Positions 1 through 10,472 of a stretch of 64,000 bases of DNA are shown here, one piece after another. A model generated the notes under the pieces. The model did no database searches, was not told the origin of the DNA, and saw nothing but the letters and a program-made list of their open reading frames with translations. Position numbers and translations under genes: made by a program. The DNA is from Schizochytrium sp. TIO01 (lineage: Eukaryota > Protista > Bigyra: Labyrinthulomycetes), in contig SMSO01000037.1 in the NCBI GenBank assembly GCA_004764695.1, forward strand, positions 4,068,747 to 4,132,746. Reading direction: 5' to 3'. The number at the start of each line of letters is the position of its first letter. The first letter of the stretch is position 1.

Positions 1-1001
1 AGTAGTTCCTTGAACATGCTTTTGAATCGCAATGTGTGCCGTGTGAGTGGCGCACAAGCACAAGGCACACGCGGATGCGAGATGAATGATGGCTACATTT
101 CAGATGATCATTTTGTAAGCTTTATTGACACTCAAGGTCTCGGTGCAGATACTTCTGTCACTGACACAGAACTACTTTCGAAAATTATGATGTCTACGGA
201 ATCAATCAGCAAGCTGCGCATCATCAATAATGTCCTCATCTCCTTTGACACAAACACACGTGCTACTCCAGCAACGATGGCAAATGAATTAACCCTGATG
301 GAACTTTTTGGGGAAATGCGCCAGTCTTGTTTTCTTGTCTTTACAAAATGGAACACTAATGCAGTACAGGTGGAGTGGAATCAGCCATTACGCGCCTGGT
401 GTCGCCGCTGGCGCCGGGCAGATACTGTGGAAGAGATTGATGAAGAGCCTCCCTCATATGCTGATATGTATGCAGCTTACACCAAGTACATCTTGCGTGC
501 AATGAATAATGATGAGGATGCTGGTGCCTTCTCCAAGATGGGTACATTTTTGTCATTCTTTGAGGCTCGCGTAGTTTGGGCGTACAATCTTGACATGCTC
601 CAAATTGCCGATATGGAAGACGGTGAGCTCGAACCATATATTGTTAAATTGTACCACCATTACCGTGAGAAGGCCATCCAGTGCTTGCGCCAGGGATCTA
701 CTGAGGTGCCTGTCTCAGAGATAAGTTTTCTCAAAGAAGATACCGGATACTTTGGGTCGTGTTGCCACCCGGCTTGTTGAGTCCCGCGACGAGAAAATTC
801 GCCAGCTTGAGCGCATTGGTCTTGACATCGAAAAACGTAAAGAAATGTGCAATGTCTTTACTGACATGGCCACTTCACACTATTCCAAGATCTCAGCAGG
901 TGACTATCTTGTTAACGACGAAACAAACCACATGGATAAAATTGCGAACCTTGCAGGGTTTTCTTCCTGAAACTCCGCGTGTCGGGTGCAACCTTATGTA
1001 A
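1..1001 (+). CDS. P-loop GTPase (AIG1/Era/septin-like), 5'-truncated by the window, with two apparent +1 frameshifts and a C-terminal CaaX (CNLM)
   Basis: The frame is open from base 1 (SSSLNMLLNR, the segment right after a GKS P-loop). It has G3 FIDTQG and G4-like VFTKWN. Coding continues in the 752..970 frame after ~745, then in the 759..1001 frame after ~960, ending ...FLPETPRVGCNLM*. Confidence 0.65.
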
Positions 1002-2049
1002 ATCTTTTGCTGTTTCCTTTTTAGTTCCACATCTTCTTTAAACATATCGTTCCCTTTTTATTTTATTCTTGTGGTTTTCCCATCCAGGTTCAAAGATTAT
1101 GTATGAAGTGCCCCTGTCTTCAATCCAATGAAGAATTGTTTTCATTACTATTTTTGAAGTTGTACTACTTTGCCTAAGAAAGTTTGCAATCTAAACCTCT
1201 GCTTAAATAAGACAACATCCTATGTGCATTTGTCCAAAAAACATTTTAGTACAGCGTGTGAAAATTTGATTAAAATACGGGGGGTAAACCCCGACTCAAT
1301 ATAAATAAATTCCTTTAATAGGTAATATAATTAGCGGAAAAAGGGTATTATATAAATATGATAATATGGTGGTCTTATGGAGAAGATTACTACAACATGA
1401 GCGACAGATTTATCTGATTAATATACCCCTTTACTATGTCTTTTAGAAAATACTGGGAATTTTGAACGTTTTGAACGTTTTGGTTCTTACATACCTAAAA
1501 AAAACTTAACAAAATATAATGTCGAACATGGTTATTGGATAGCGCACTTTGCGAGAGGCGTAGGGAAAGGTTTCAAAACATCCTTAGTAGTAGGTAGGCA
1601 CATCACAATGCGGCTTCTAGTAGTAATTTATCTGTCATGGTAGGATTCGGCCCTGCCCACATTTATTTTTGCAATAAGTACATGTGGCCCGGTACAAGAC
1701 CCTTGCGATTTAGCTGTATAAAAAAGAAAACGCAATCCCTGAGTAAACTATGAAGAATCCTGCTTGGAATTGGAGAGGCCTTCTCACAGGAAAAGGTGAT
1801 ATGAAATTTAACAGTGTTTCCAACTCTATCCCGACCATTTTAGTTATGTACAACCTTTTTATGAACATGATGAGAAGGTAACTGTACCTATGACAACGCG
1901 TTAGATTATATATGACCTCCAAATGGTGGTGTCTATTCTGTATAAATGATATATTCTAGTTGCGTAGGTCTTTATTAAGAGATAGGATGGCCAAGGAACC
2001 ACCAAACTCCAAACACTACAACTGAAGCAACAAGCTCGAAAGGTACTTC

Positions 2050-2770
2050 AACCAGAATTTGCCGTCTCAGCAAATGCCCTCCTGGCGCTTCGCATTTACG
2101 CAAGTGAAAAACGCTAAGCGCATCGATGACTGCGGTTTGTCCCGGCGGTTGCGAGCAACGCAGCACTGACCGTGCCATTATCTACGCCAGACCGTCCTCC
2201 GCCAAGCCAGACAAGAATTTCAAATGCCAGATTGGTGATCTCCAGTGTGCCTATCAAGACGCCTTCGCCGTCTACCAAGACATCCGGTCAACTTCAACAG
2301 GCCGCCCTATTGGACTACCGAGGTTCACCGCACCCTTGCACTCTGGCTCTGTGAAGATTGCCTACCATGCTATCGTTTTCCCTAAATTTGAAACCTCAAA
2401 AAGTTGACCAGACAGGTCAAAATCAACACAGTTCGAATAATGTGTCGTTGGCTTTCGCCAAGCGTTCATTTACAAAGCCCAGGTCCTTCTCTGGTGTAAA
2501 CCGGTCCTTTGCCGAGAGGATTGCACTGCCAAAACATGTATTGAACGTGGCACCTAAGATTCACAACAAGCTCGGAACATCCAAGGTTTTCAAATGGCCC
2601 CAAAAGTTGCAAACACTTAGCCGATCGTGATGTCCACGCCGCCAGAGGCATCATCCTTTTGCGCTACCTATCCAAGGACGTTATTTAAGATCTGTCTTTC
2701 AGTTGCAGGTTGGCTTCTAACCCCCAGAAAATGCAAGTTTTGCAAAAAAAATTATTGGTTAATTTCAAAG
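2050..2770 (+). mobile_element. Decayed Fanzor2/TnpB-like nuclease gene, copy 1
   Basis: Colinear fragments across frames: TEVHRTLALWLCE (~2317), HAIVFPKFET (~2366), LTRQVKINTVRIMCRW, FRQAFIYKAQ...CREDCTAKTC (2453-2539), IHNKLGTSKVFK, LADRDVHAARGIILLRYL (2617-2670). Clear DNA similarity to the copy at 53.3-54.4 kb. Boundaries approximate. Confidence 0.8.
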
Positions 2771-2798
2771 CGTCAGTGTAATACTTTAGTTTATTCGG

Positions 2799-2840
2799 TT
2801 CGACAGCAAAATTCGACAGCAAATTCGACAGCAAATTCGA
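2799..2840. repeat. 12-bp tandem repeat (TTCGACAGCAAA) x~3.5
   Basis: ttcgacagcaaaattcgacagcaaattcgacagcaaattcga, read directly. Confidence 0.85.
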
Positions 2841-4764
2841 AGAATATGGTGCCGTCGAGCTTCGCTGAGAGTAGTCAGACAGGCAGCGCGCAATCAGCAG
2901 ACCTGTCAGCCCGGTGGTGACGAGCGCTGCTACGGTCGGGCTCCGCGGAGAACTTCAAGTTGAACTCACTTCGTTTGAGTCACACACTGCTTGGAGAGCC
3001 ATACGGTCTGGTCAACGCTCAGTGCTGACTCAGGCGGCAGCGAGCGAGCGAGCGAGCACGAAGCAAGTAGGTAGGCAGGCACTCCAACCTCGCTGCAATG
3101 CCGTGGGCCAGGACTCGCCCTGAGAAACGCAGGTTCAAGGGCGCTGCTGCGCGAGAAGGAGTAGGGAAAGCAAGAGATTTGAAATTCAGGCAGAACATCC
3201 AGAACATTCAGAGTTCATGAGATCGATCTTCGAAGACGAGGCACTGTTGATGTTGAACTCGTGTCGTGACCACGCTGCTCCAACGACAGGTACTCGATGG
3301 CCAATTTAGAATATATCAAGAGGCCAAAGGCCTGCGTTGATTATTCATCTATACGTTCATTCATTCACTCCCTGAGCAGGCAGGCTTAACTTTCAGATAT
3401 TGTGACATTTTGGCATGATACGAAGATTTGAAAGGTTCTTGACATTCTTGGTGCTGGAGCTAGCGGGGGCGTTGTAGATGTGTGCAAGCAAGCACACGCA
3501 GACTGGGCAGCGTGCACGCTCGTGCGACCTGTGGCTGGCAGAGCAAGAAGTTCCTTTTCGCAGCGGGAGCGAGCGCAACAGGCTGGCAATATGTAAATTT
3601 GCGCGAATTTGTAAACTGCGAGAGAACCTGTGCTCACTCTGGGGTCCCAAACCATCGAAAAAACTCACCCTTGTGCGATCGTGCGACAGAAATATGTTAC
3701 AAGCTTGGCCGAACGCTGTGCCGCTCTTGACGAGGCCTTCGTGGCCCTCCCGGCAGGCCCCGTGGCGATGGTCTTCGCTTCGTTCAGGTAGAATTTTGGT
3801 GTTGTTTGTTATCATTTTCATCGGTATTCACAATATTCACAAAAGTGTTTCGTTGTGGCTTTTTTGGCTTTTCTCTGAAGAGTTACTTCGGGAAGAAAGA
3901 GAATCCAAGAGCATAAGAACTTGAACCAACTTGAACATTATGATCTATGAACGATAGCATCAAGATGCTCCAGAAGACGACCAAAGCAAGGTCCACGAAA
4001 GCGTGGATAACCACGCCATGCTACCAGTGTTGGTGCCGGTGCCGGTGCCAGTGCCAGTGCTGGCAGCACCCGCTAGGTCATTGGCAACAGTGGATAGGTA
4101 GCTAGCGCTATTCATTATTCGTCAGTGTTCCTCGATGTCGGAAAAAGAGTAGAAAAGAACACTAGAGAAGAGAGAGAACTCAAAAGGAAAAGAGGGGGAA
4201 AAAGGAAAAGGGCTCTTTCGTTCTTACTAAAAGAATTGACTGACCTGCAGAGGCCTGAATGTTCTGCGGGTCCGTCTCGAAGCTGCTTTGAGAGAATATG
4301 GGCAATATAGTTCATATCATTATATTATCTTTAAGTTTCTGCACATCCTGTATCTCAAACATAGTAGTACTGAGCTCAGATCAATCAATCGAACAATCAA
4401 TCAAACAGCAGACCGCGATCAATTGCGCGAAAACCGCTGCCACCGCCGCCGACCTACGTCGCGTCAGGCTCTGAGGAACCTGCGCTTGCACAAATTTAGA
4501 TTTAACTGAGGCGCCGCGAAGAGGGACTCTCCGCGTGCAGTGAATCGTGCCCGCCTGAAGCTGGACCTCGAAGAGAGCTTCAGAAAGGAAACCTTGCGAT
4601 ATCTTGACGAACCTCGTCAGAACCTGTTCAACCCTCGCTAAAGTCTGAACGGGATCTGCTCGAGCACTGGGAAGCTTCGGCTCGGATAGGCTTGAGGCTT
4701 TGCATCTGAGAATCGTACCGAGTTTCAGAGCTTGAGGAACGCGTACATTCGGGAGATTGTCACC

Positions 4765-7131
4765 ATGGCACAGAGGTTTGGTCTTGCAGAGGCCGTGAGA
4801 CGTCGGGAGCTCGACGAGCAAGATTTTACTCATTCCGATGACGATGAAGAAGACTGGCTTGGAGGAGGATCTTCTCCGCATAAACAACATAGCGCACCGT
4901 CGGTTCCTGTGAACAAGACATTTGCGCAGATCAAGCGTGAGGAGCAGGAAGCCCAAGCTCGGCAACGTGCAGAAGCCCAAGCTGCGGAGGACCGTCTTAA
5001 AGCTGAAAAAGAGGCCGAGGAAAAGGCCAATCTTGAAAAAATCCGTCAAGATCAAGAGCGTGCTGATGAGGAGCGCATCCAGCGTGAGAAATATGAAGCA
5101 GAGGCCAAAGCGAAGGCTGCAGAAGCCGTCGAAGCTGCTCGCAAAACTGCCGAGGCCGAGCGTGCTCTGGCAGAAGCCTCAAAGAAGGCTGATAACCTTG
5201 TGAAGGAAATTGTGACCACTAGCTCCAGCGAGCCACCCTCTCCTTCATCTCCTGCAGCGATTTTGGCCTCGGGATCTCCACTATCTGCAGCAAGACTCAA
5301 GGAGGACCAAATTAAAGCTCAGAGGCAAAAGGAGCTCGAGGCTCTCAGAGCACACCAGGCTGAGACAACCCATGTGGGCCAGGAGGTCATCAAGTCTGCA
5401 GCCCAGATCGAGGAGGAAGCTCGTCGCAAGGAGCTTGAGGCCATGACTGCTGCCCGTCGCAGCCGAGGCAACGCCTATGCAGACATGATCAAGAAACGTG
5501 AAGAAGAAAAGGCTGCAGAACTTGAAAGAATGCGTCAGTCTAAGGTAGACGAGGTCACTCGGCTTCAGCGTATGAAAGATGAGCAAGAAGAGCGTAACCG
5601 TCAAGAAATCAAAGCTCACCAGGACCAGGAGAGGCGCGACCGTGAGAAGCAGGAACAAGAGGAGCGCGAAAGAGCAGAACGTGAAAACCAAGAACGCGAG
5701 GCACGTCAACAAGAAGCAAAAGCTGCTCGTGAACGCCAAGAACAAGAAGCTCGTGAGCGTAGAGAGCAAGAAGCTCGTGAAGACAATGCTCGCAAAGAAC
5801 AGGAAGAAGCTCGACTTCGCGAAGAAGCCAAAGCTCGCCAGGAGCAGGAAGCTCAGGAGAAGGCTGCAAAAGAAACTCGAGAGAAAGAAGAACGAGAAGC
5901 CCGGGAGCATGCTGAGAAAGAAGCTCGGGAGCGCGCTGAGAAAGAAGCCCGGGATGCTGAAGAAGCTGCATCTGCCGCAGCACGTGCACAGGAGGAGCAG
6001 GAGCAGGAGGAGCGCGCTGCGAGCGTAACAGCAGTTCCGCCACCCCCATCTGCGGAAGGGGATGTATCCGGAAAGAAGAAGAAACAGCGGTTTCGTGCCA
6101 TGTACTCGTTTGATGCTGAAGAGGAAGGAGATTTGGCAATGTCAGAAGGAGATTTTATCGAGCAGATCGAAGACCTTGATGGCCAGTGGTGGCGTGGACG
6201 AAACTTGACCAGCAATATTGAAGGTATCTTTCCAGCAAATTATGTAGAAGTGGATGGCGATCTAGATGTGTACGAGGATGCTGCTGAAGTAGACGATAGC
6301 GCGGGTGCAGCTGAAGAAGCATCCGCTACGCAGCTCAAGGCCGAGGAAGAGGAGGCCGCCCGCCGCAAGGCTGAGGAAGAGGAGGCCGCCCGCCGCAAGG
6401 CCGAGGAAGAGGAGGCTGCTCGCCGCAAGGCCGAGGAAGAGGAGGCTACCCGCCGCAAGGCCGAGGAAGAGGAGGCTACCCGCCGCAAGGCCGAGGAAGA
6501 GGAGGCTGCTCGCCGCAAGGCCGAGGAAGAGGAGGCTGCTCGCCGCAAGGCTGAGGAAGAGGAGGCCGCCCGCCGCAAGGCCGAGGAAGAGGAGGCCGCC
6601 CGCCGCAAGGCTGAAGAAGAGGAGGCTGCCCGCCGTAGGGCCGAGGAAGAAGAAGCTGCCGCAGCCGCCGCAGCAGCCGCAGCTGAAGCTACTCCGCCTC
6701 CAGCTCCTCCATCACAAACAACAGGCACTAGTTCTGGCAACGGAAAGGTTATGGTAGCTGCCTATGACTTCGCCAAGGAAGAGGAAGATGATCTCGAGAC
6801 CACTGCTGGACACCACATTGAAATCTTAGAAGAGATTGACGAAGAGTGGTACCGTGCTCGTGACCTTGACACTGGAGCCGAAGGTTTGATTCCTCGTAAC
6901 TATTTGATTGAAGAAGACGAGGCTGGAGCTGAAGCTGTTGCTGGGACCTCGGGTATGGAGGAGGCAATCGCCGAGTTTGATTTCGATGGCGAGAACGAAG
7001 AGGACCTTGACTTCAAGGTCGATGATGTAATTGAGGTTCTCGAACGTATTGATGAAAACTGGTGGCGTGGACGCAACCAAAAGAATGGAGCAGAGGGAAT
7101 CTTCCCTGCAACTTATGTGAAGCTTCGTTAA
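4765..7131 (+). CDS. Triple-SH3-domain protein with long charged E/R/K helical regions
   Basis: Three SH3 domains: RAMYSFDAEEEGDL..WWRG..GIFPANYV, AAYDFAKEEEDDL..WYRA..GLIPRNY and AEFDFDGENEEDL..WWRG..GIFPATYV. First ATG at 4765 in caccATGG context. Confidence 0.9.
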   Translation: MAQRFGLAEAVRRRELDEQDFTHSDDDEEDWLGGGSSPHKQHSAPSVPVNKTFAQIKREEQEAQARQRAEAQAAEDRLKAEKEAEEKANLEKIRQDQERADEERIQREKYEAEAKAKAAEAVEAARKTAEAERALAEASKKADNLVKEIVTTSSSEPPSPSSPAAILASGSPLSAARLKEDQIKAQRQKELEALRAHQAETTHVGQEVIKSAAQIEEEARRKELEAMTAARRSRGNAYADMIKKREEEKAAELERMRQSKVDEVTRLQRMKDEQEERNRQEIKAHQDQERRDREKQEQEERERAERENQEREARQQEAKAARERQEQEARERREQEAREDNARKEQEEARLREEAKARQEQEAQEKAAKETREKEEREAREHAEKEARERAEKEARDAEEAASAAARAQEEQEQEERAASVTAVPPPPSAEGDVSGKKKKQRFRAMYSFDAEEEGDLAMSEGDFIEQIEDLDGQWWRGRNLTSNIEGIFPANYVEVDGDLDVYEDAAEVDDSAGAAEEASATQLKAEEEEAARRKAEEEEAARRKAEEEEAARRKAEEEEATRRKAEEEEATRRKAEEEEAARRKAEEEEAARRKAEEEEAARRKAEEEEAARRKAEEEEAARRRAEEEEAAAAAAAAAAEATPPPAPPSQTTGTSSGNGKVMVAAYDFAKEEEDDLETTAGHHIEILEEIDEEWYRARDLDTGAEGLIPRNYLIEEDEAGAEAVAGTSGMEEAIAEFDFDGENEEDLDFKVDDVIEVLERIDENWWRGRNQKNGAEGIFPATYVKLR
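6337..6660 (+). repeat. Coding 30-bp tandem repeat (KAEEEEAARR), ~11 units
   Basis: Near-identical cgccgcaaggccgaggaagaggaggctgct units. Confidence 0.95.
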
Positions 7132-7744
7132 GCTGGTCCACCACGCTGTAGCATTTGAGAATGTTGATATCTTTCTCGTTCTGTTTGACATACGATATAT
7201 AATTCACTCAGGAGGTTTTTAGCCTGTGTTATTAGCCTCGAAAGCTCATTATGATAGAAACTTTAAAAATTAGAATATGCCACCAAGAATTCCACTCCCC
7301 CCTCACTCTTTTATAGCTTTCATAGATGCAGTAAGCTTGAAGGTCATGCAACAAATTGTGCTTCTTCCGCACTTCGTCATCTTATGTGACCTAAGCCTGG
7401 AAATAAAAATTGATGGGGCATCTATGTGTTTACGTTAACATTTATCAGATACAAATGCAAGATCCTGAATTGTAGAGTCAAATCGTGATTTTTTTTTGGA
7501 TGTATTATAATTCAAACCATGAAGATAATATTATTTGGTCTGCTTTATACTATAAAATGAAAGCTTCTTCCTTAGTTAGGAAGTCTTTTCAATGCTTTGG
7601 TAATGTATATGATACGTGGGGAGTGTCGTCGTGTATACTACAGGAGCGAGCACGCACATTTCATGAATGCGGGAGCAAAAACGCTTCTTGAGGAATTGGC
7701 GTACATTAGTAGATGGAGTGATGGTGTTTCTTGAGGGTCGCTGC

Positions 7745-7978
7745 TTACTCATCTTCGGGGTCGTAGTTGAAAGGGGCAATTGTAGGTCCCTTCTTGTTGA
7801 TCTCCACCTTGCTGGAGTCCGGGACTAGGCCGAGGGACTTCTTGAGGGGCTTGGGAGACTCCTCAAAGGAAAAGGGAGCAATCTTCTCCATCTCAGAGCG
7901 CTCCTGGGCACGGAGCTCGGCCTTGCTCTGCCCGCGCTTAAGGCAAACGTGCTTGTCGAGGGACTGTCTGGAGGACAT
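7745..7978 (-). CDS. Small 77-aa protein of unknown function
   Basis: ATG in caaaATG context, strong G/C-ending codon bias (AAG/GAG/TCC) against AT-richer flanks, and an internal repeat IAPFSFEE / IAPFNYDP. Confidence 0.6.
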   Translation of the reverse strand: MSSRQSLDKHVCLKRGQSKAELRAQERSEMEKIAPFSFEESPKPLKKSLGLVPDSSKVEINKKGPTIAPFNYDPEDE

Positions 7979-10355
7979 TTTGCTAGTTTAAAAGGTAAAA
8001 GATGAAACGAAAACGTCGAGGACTTCCTGAGTGTTTTCTGTATAATTCAATTCAAGCATGATGATCAGTCATCCAATCGCGTCAGTCTATTATTCCTTCT
8101 TGAATTATCGTCAGTTTCAGAGACAGGTAAATCGGTAAGGCAGAACACAACAAACTGGTCAAAAGGAAAAGAACATAGTTCTTTCAACTTCCCCAGTTCA
8201 TTATACTGCCTTGCACAGCCTTCAGGGCTTCCGCGCTATCCCAATGCCTCATCACTCAACACATTGCAAATGCATCCTATACAGTACCATGACAAAGAGT
8301 ATGGCCTGTGTAGTGCTTTTTGTGTTGTTGACTGACTTTATTTATTGAAGTAGGCACGCGCACTGCTCGGTCTTTACTTTTAGAGGCATCGCGCATCGCC
8401 TCGATACACCAGGGGGTCGAGCTCTAGGTTGTCGGTAGAGTCCTAAAGCTTGTGGCAAGGGCTTCGCGCTGACTTTATGCAAGCCGTTATAGTATTATCA
8501 TCTTCTTTGACGTACCGTAGAGCCTCGCAAGTTGCGGGTATTGGGGTTTGGAGTTCTTGGTTTGGTTGCTTTGGATTCGCCGCACATCGAGGTGTCGTGT
8601 CCACTGTCTCCAATCTCCACTGGCATATTTTCCTCCTCTCGGGTACACTAATTTTCTTATAATTACTTTATACCCCCTCACAAAAACACCCAATTTAAAT
8701 ACTTTTGTTTATACTCCCTACCAAACCTCCACTGGAGTTTTTTTGTGAGTACTTGCATTACATATTTCTTATAATTATTATTTTGTGAGGAGGAGGACTC
8801 ATGCCAGTGGCGGTGAGACTCTTCCGCCGGCTTTCCTTTTTTGGCCTTCTCCTTCATTTTCACTGTGTGCTCCGTGTGACTTTTTAAAGTACTTTCATTG
8901 AGAGTTAAAAGCAAAAGGTTCCCTCCTTCCTTGGACAACGTCAACTATTTTGAGTCACTGTAGGAATCGTAGGCAAACATTGCCACGGCGCCCGTTCTAA
9001 GCAATAATGGTCATCACTTGTCATCGCGCCATCACTGTCGCCGCTTTCCAGCCCGTTCCTACACAATGTTGTGCCATTGTAAAACAAATGAAAGAAACCG
9101 AGAGAATAATTTGCAAGTCTGATTTGGAGCGGCTCGCAGAGGAAGGGAGAAAGGCCACGATGACTTACGAAGCAACGAGCAGCTCAAAGGGAACGAAGTG
9201 GAAGTCGCAGAAGTAGTAGTTAGTTCTATGCTTCGGAAAACTAGGTAGAAGAAAGGATAATTGTTTCTTTTCCCAAAGTTTGCTATCGAAAGATACTACG
9301 AATTGTGCGAGTTCCTGCCAGTAGTGTCTCGGCAGTTTGAAGAAAACTGCCGCTGAGGCTGGAGCTCCCAGGACCAGCGTTGCTAGGGTCACCCACTCTG
9401 TACAAGTGTCGAGAGGCTAGCTGGATAGTAACAGCGCTCTGGTTTCAATCATTAAATTCGTAGCAGCTTCGATCCCAAAGAGCAATGGCTTGCAGTCTAA
9501 CTTGAATTATTTTATTTATTTTTAAAAGAAGGACTATAAGAAGAGGAAAAGAGCGAGAAAGAAAGAGAAAAAAACTGAATACAAAAAAAAGAGTAAAAAA
9601 ACACCTTCCGAGTCAAGCTCTTTGTTTCTGTGGACCCACCTCGTTCGCAGGGCGTGCGCCCTCCACCAGCCCGTGCAAGCCCGGACATCGAAAGACGTGG
9701 GGCCATGGGAACCCTAGCGTGCTGCCATCGCTAGCTATACAACACCTAGGGGAGTCGTTCGGTCGCCAAGTCTCACTCGTGAACACGGCTGCGGCAAGGA
9801 GAGACGGCGCGTGTGCACGTGCTCATCACTAAATTAAAATAAGTTGAGAAAAATAGCACGGCAGAAACTGAGCATATCTACCTTGTTATTGTAGTAGTAA
9901 TAGGTAAAACCTAAACAAGTACCACCGGCTTGAAGAAAGTAGGTACCTAGTACTACCTAGGTACTGAATGATCGATAAACTTTGTGGCCTGGGAGCAGGT
10001 TCTCAGAGTTAGCTTCGGGTTGAGGTAGGCCCACGTTTAATCCGAAACTCATGTTGCATAACTTGAAGGCCCAGGCCTAGAGGCAGAATGTTTGTCACGC
10101 CTGTTTCGGGTTGCTGTTCGGACTGCGGCGAGCAGGAAGCGGCCAGTAGTAGTCAGCTATCACAACTAGTGGCTGCGGCTTCCCTTTTGCACGCGTTCTT
10201 TTCATTCTTTGGCCTTTCTCTTGTAAGTTCCTCTAGCTTGTTGTTTCGCTCTACCATCGAACCTCGAACTGCGCGACTTTAGTTTTGGGAAATCTTCGTG
10301 ACCATTGACGAAGGATTCTAGATTGGTCAGATACATAGGCACTACTCATCCCAAT

Positions 10356-10472
10356 GTACCTTCTGCTCCTCGTGGCGTGGCGCTGCACGTTCAGGTTTCT
10401 GAGAATAATACAGGAGGAAGGTACCTTCTACTCCTCGTGGCGTGGCGCTGCACATTCAGGTTTCTGATAATA
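10356..10472. repeat. ~52-bp direct repeat, 2 copies, 65-bp period
   Basis: gtaccttctgctcctcgtggcgtggcgctgcacgttcaggtttctga at 10356 and gtaccttctactcctcgtggcgtggcgctgcacattcaggtttctga at 10421. Confidence 0.9.

Noticed and set aside
1633-1660. tRNA-like fragment (gtcatggtaggattcggccctgcc)
   Set aside because: Only a degenerate T-arm-like piece; no cloverleaf.
1740-1800. IS607 TnpA serine recombinase remnant (NWRGLLT) upstream of Fanzor copy 1
   Set aside because: The match is too short, and no YARVSS or DRL motif was found in register.
3947-4105. Cys-rich 52-aa ORF (CYQCWCRCRCQCQC)
   Set aside because: The Cys pattern is a by-product of a (GTGCCR)n micro-repeat, with no other coding support.
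6337-6660. CRISPR-like array
   Set aside because: The units are contiguous with no unique spacers and are in-frame coding.
4381-6757. Long alternative-frame and antisense ORFs over the SH3 gene (and likewise over SKI2, the esterases and the desaturase)
   Set aside because: Shadow ORFs caused by codon bias and low-complexity coding sequence.
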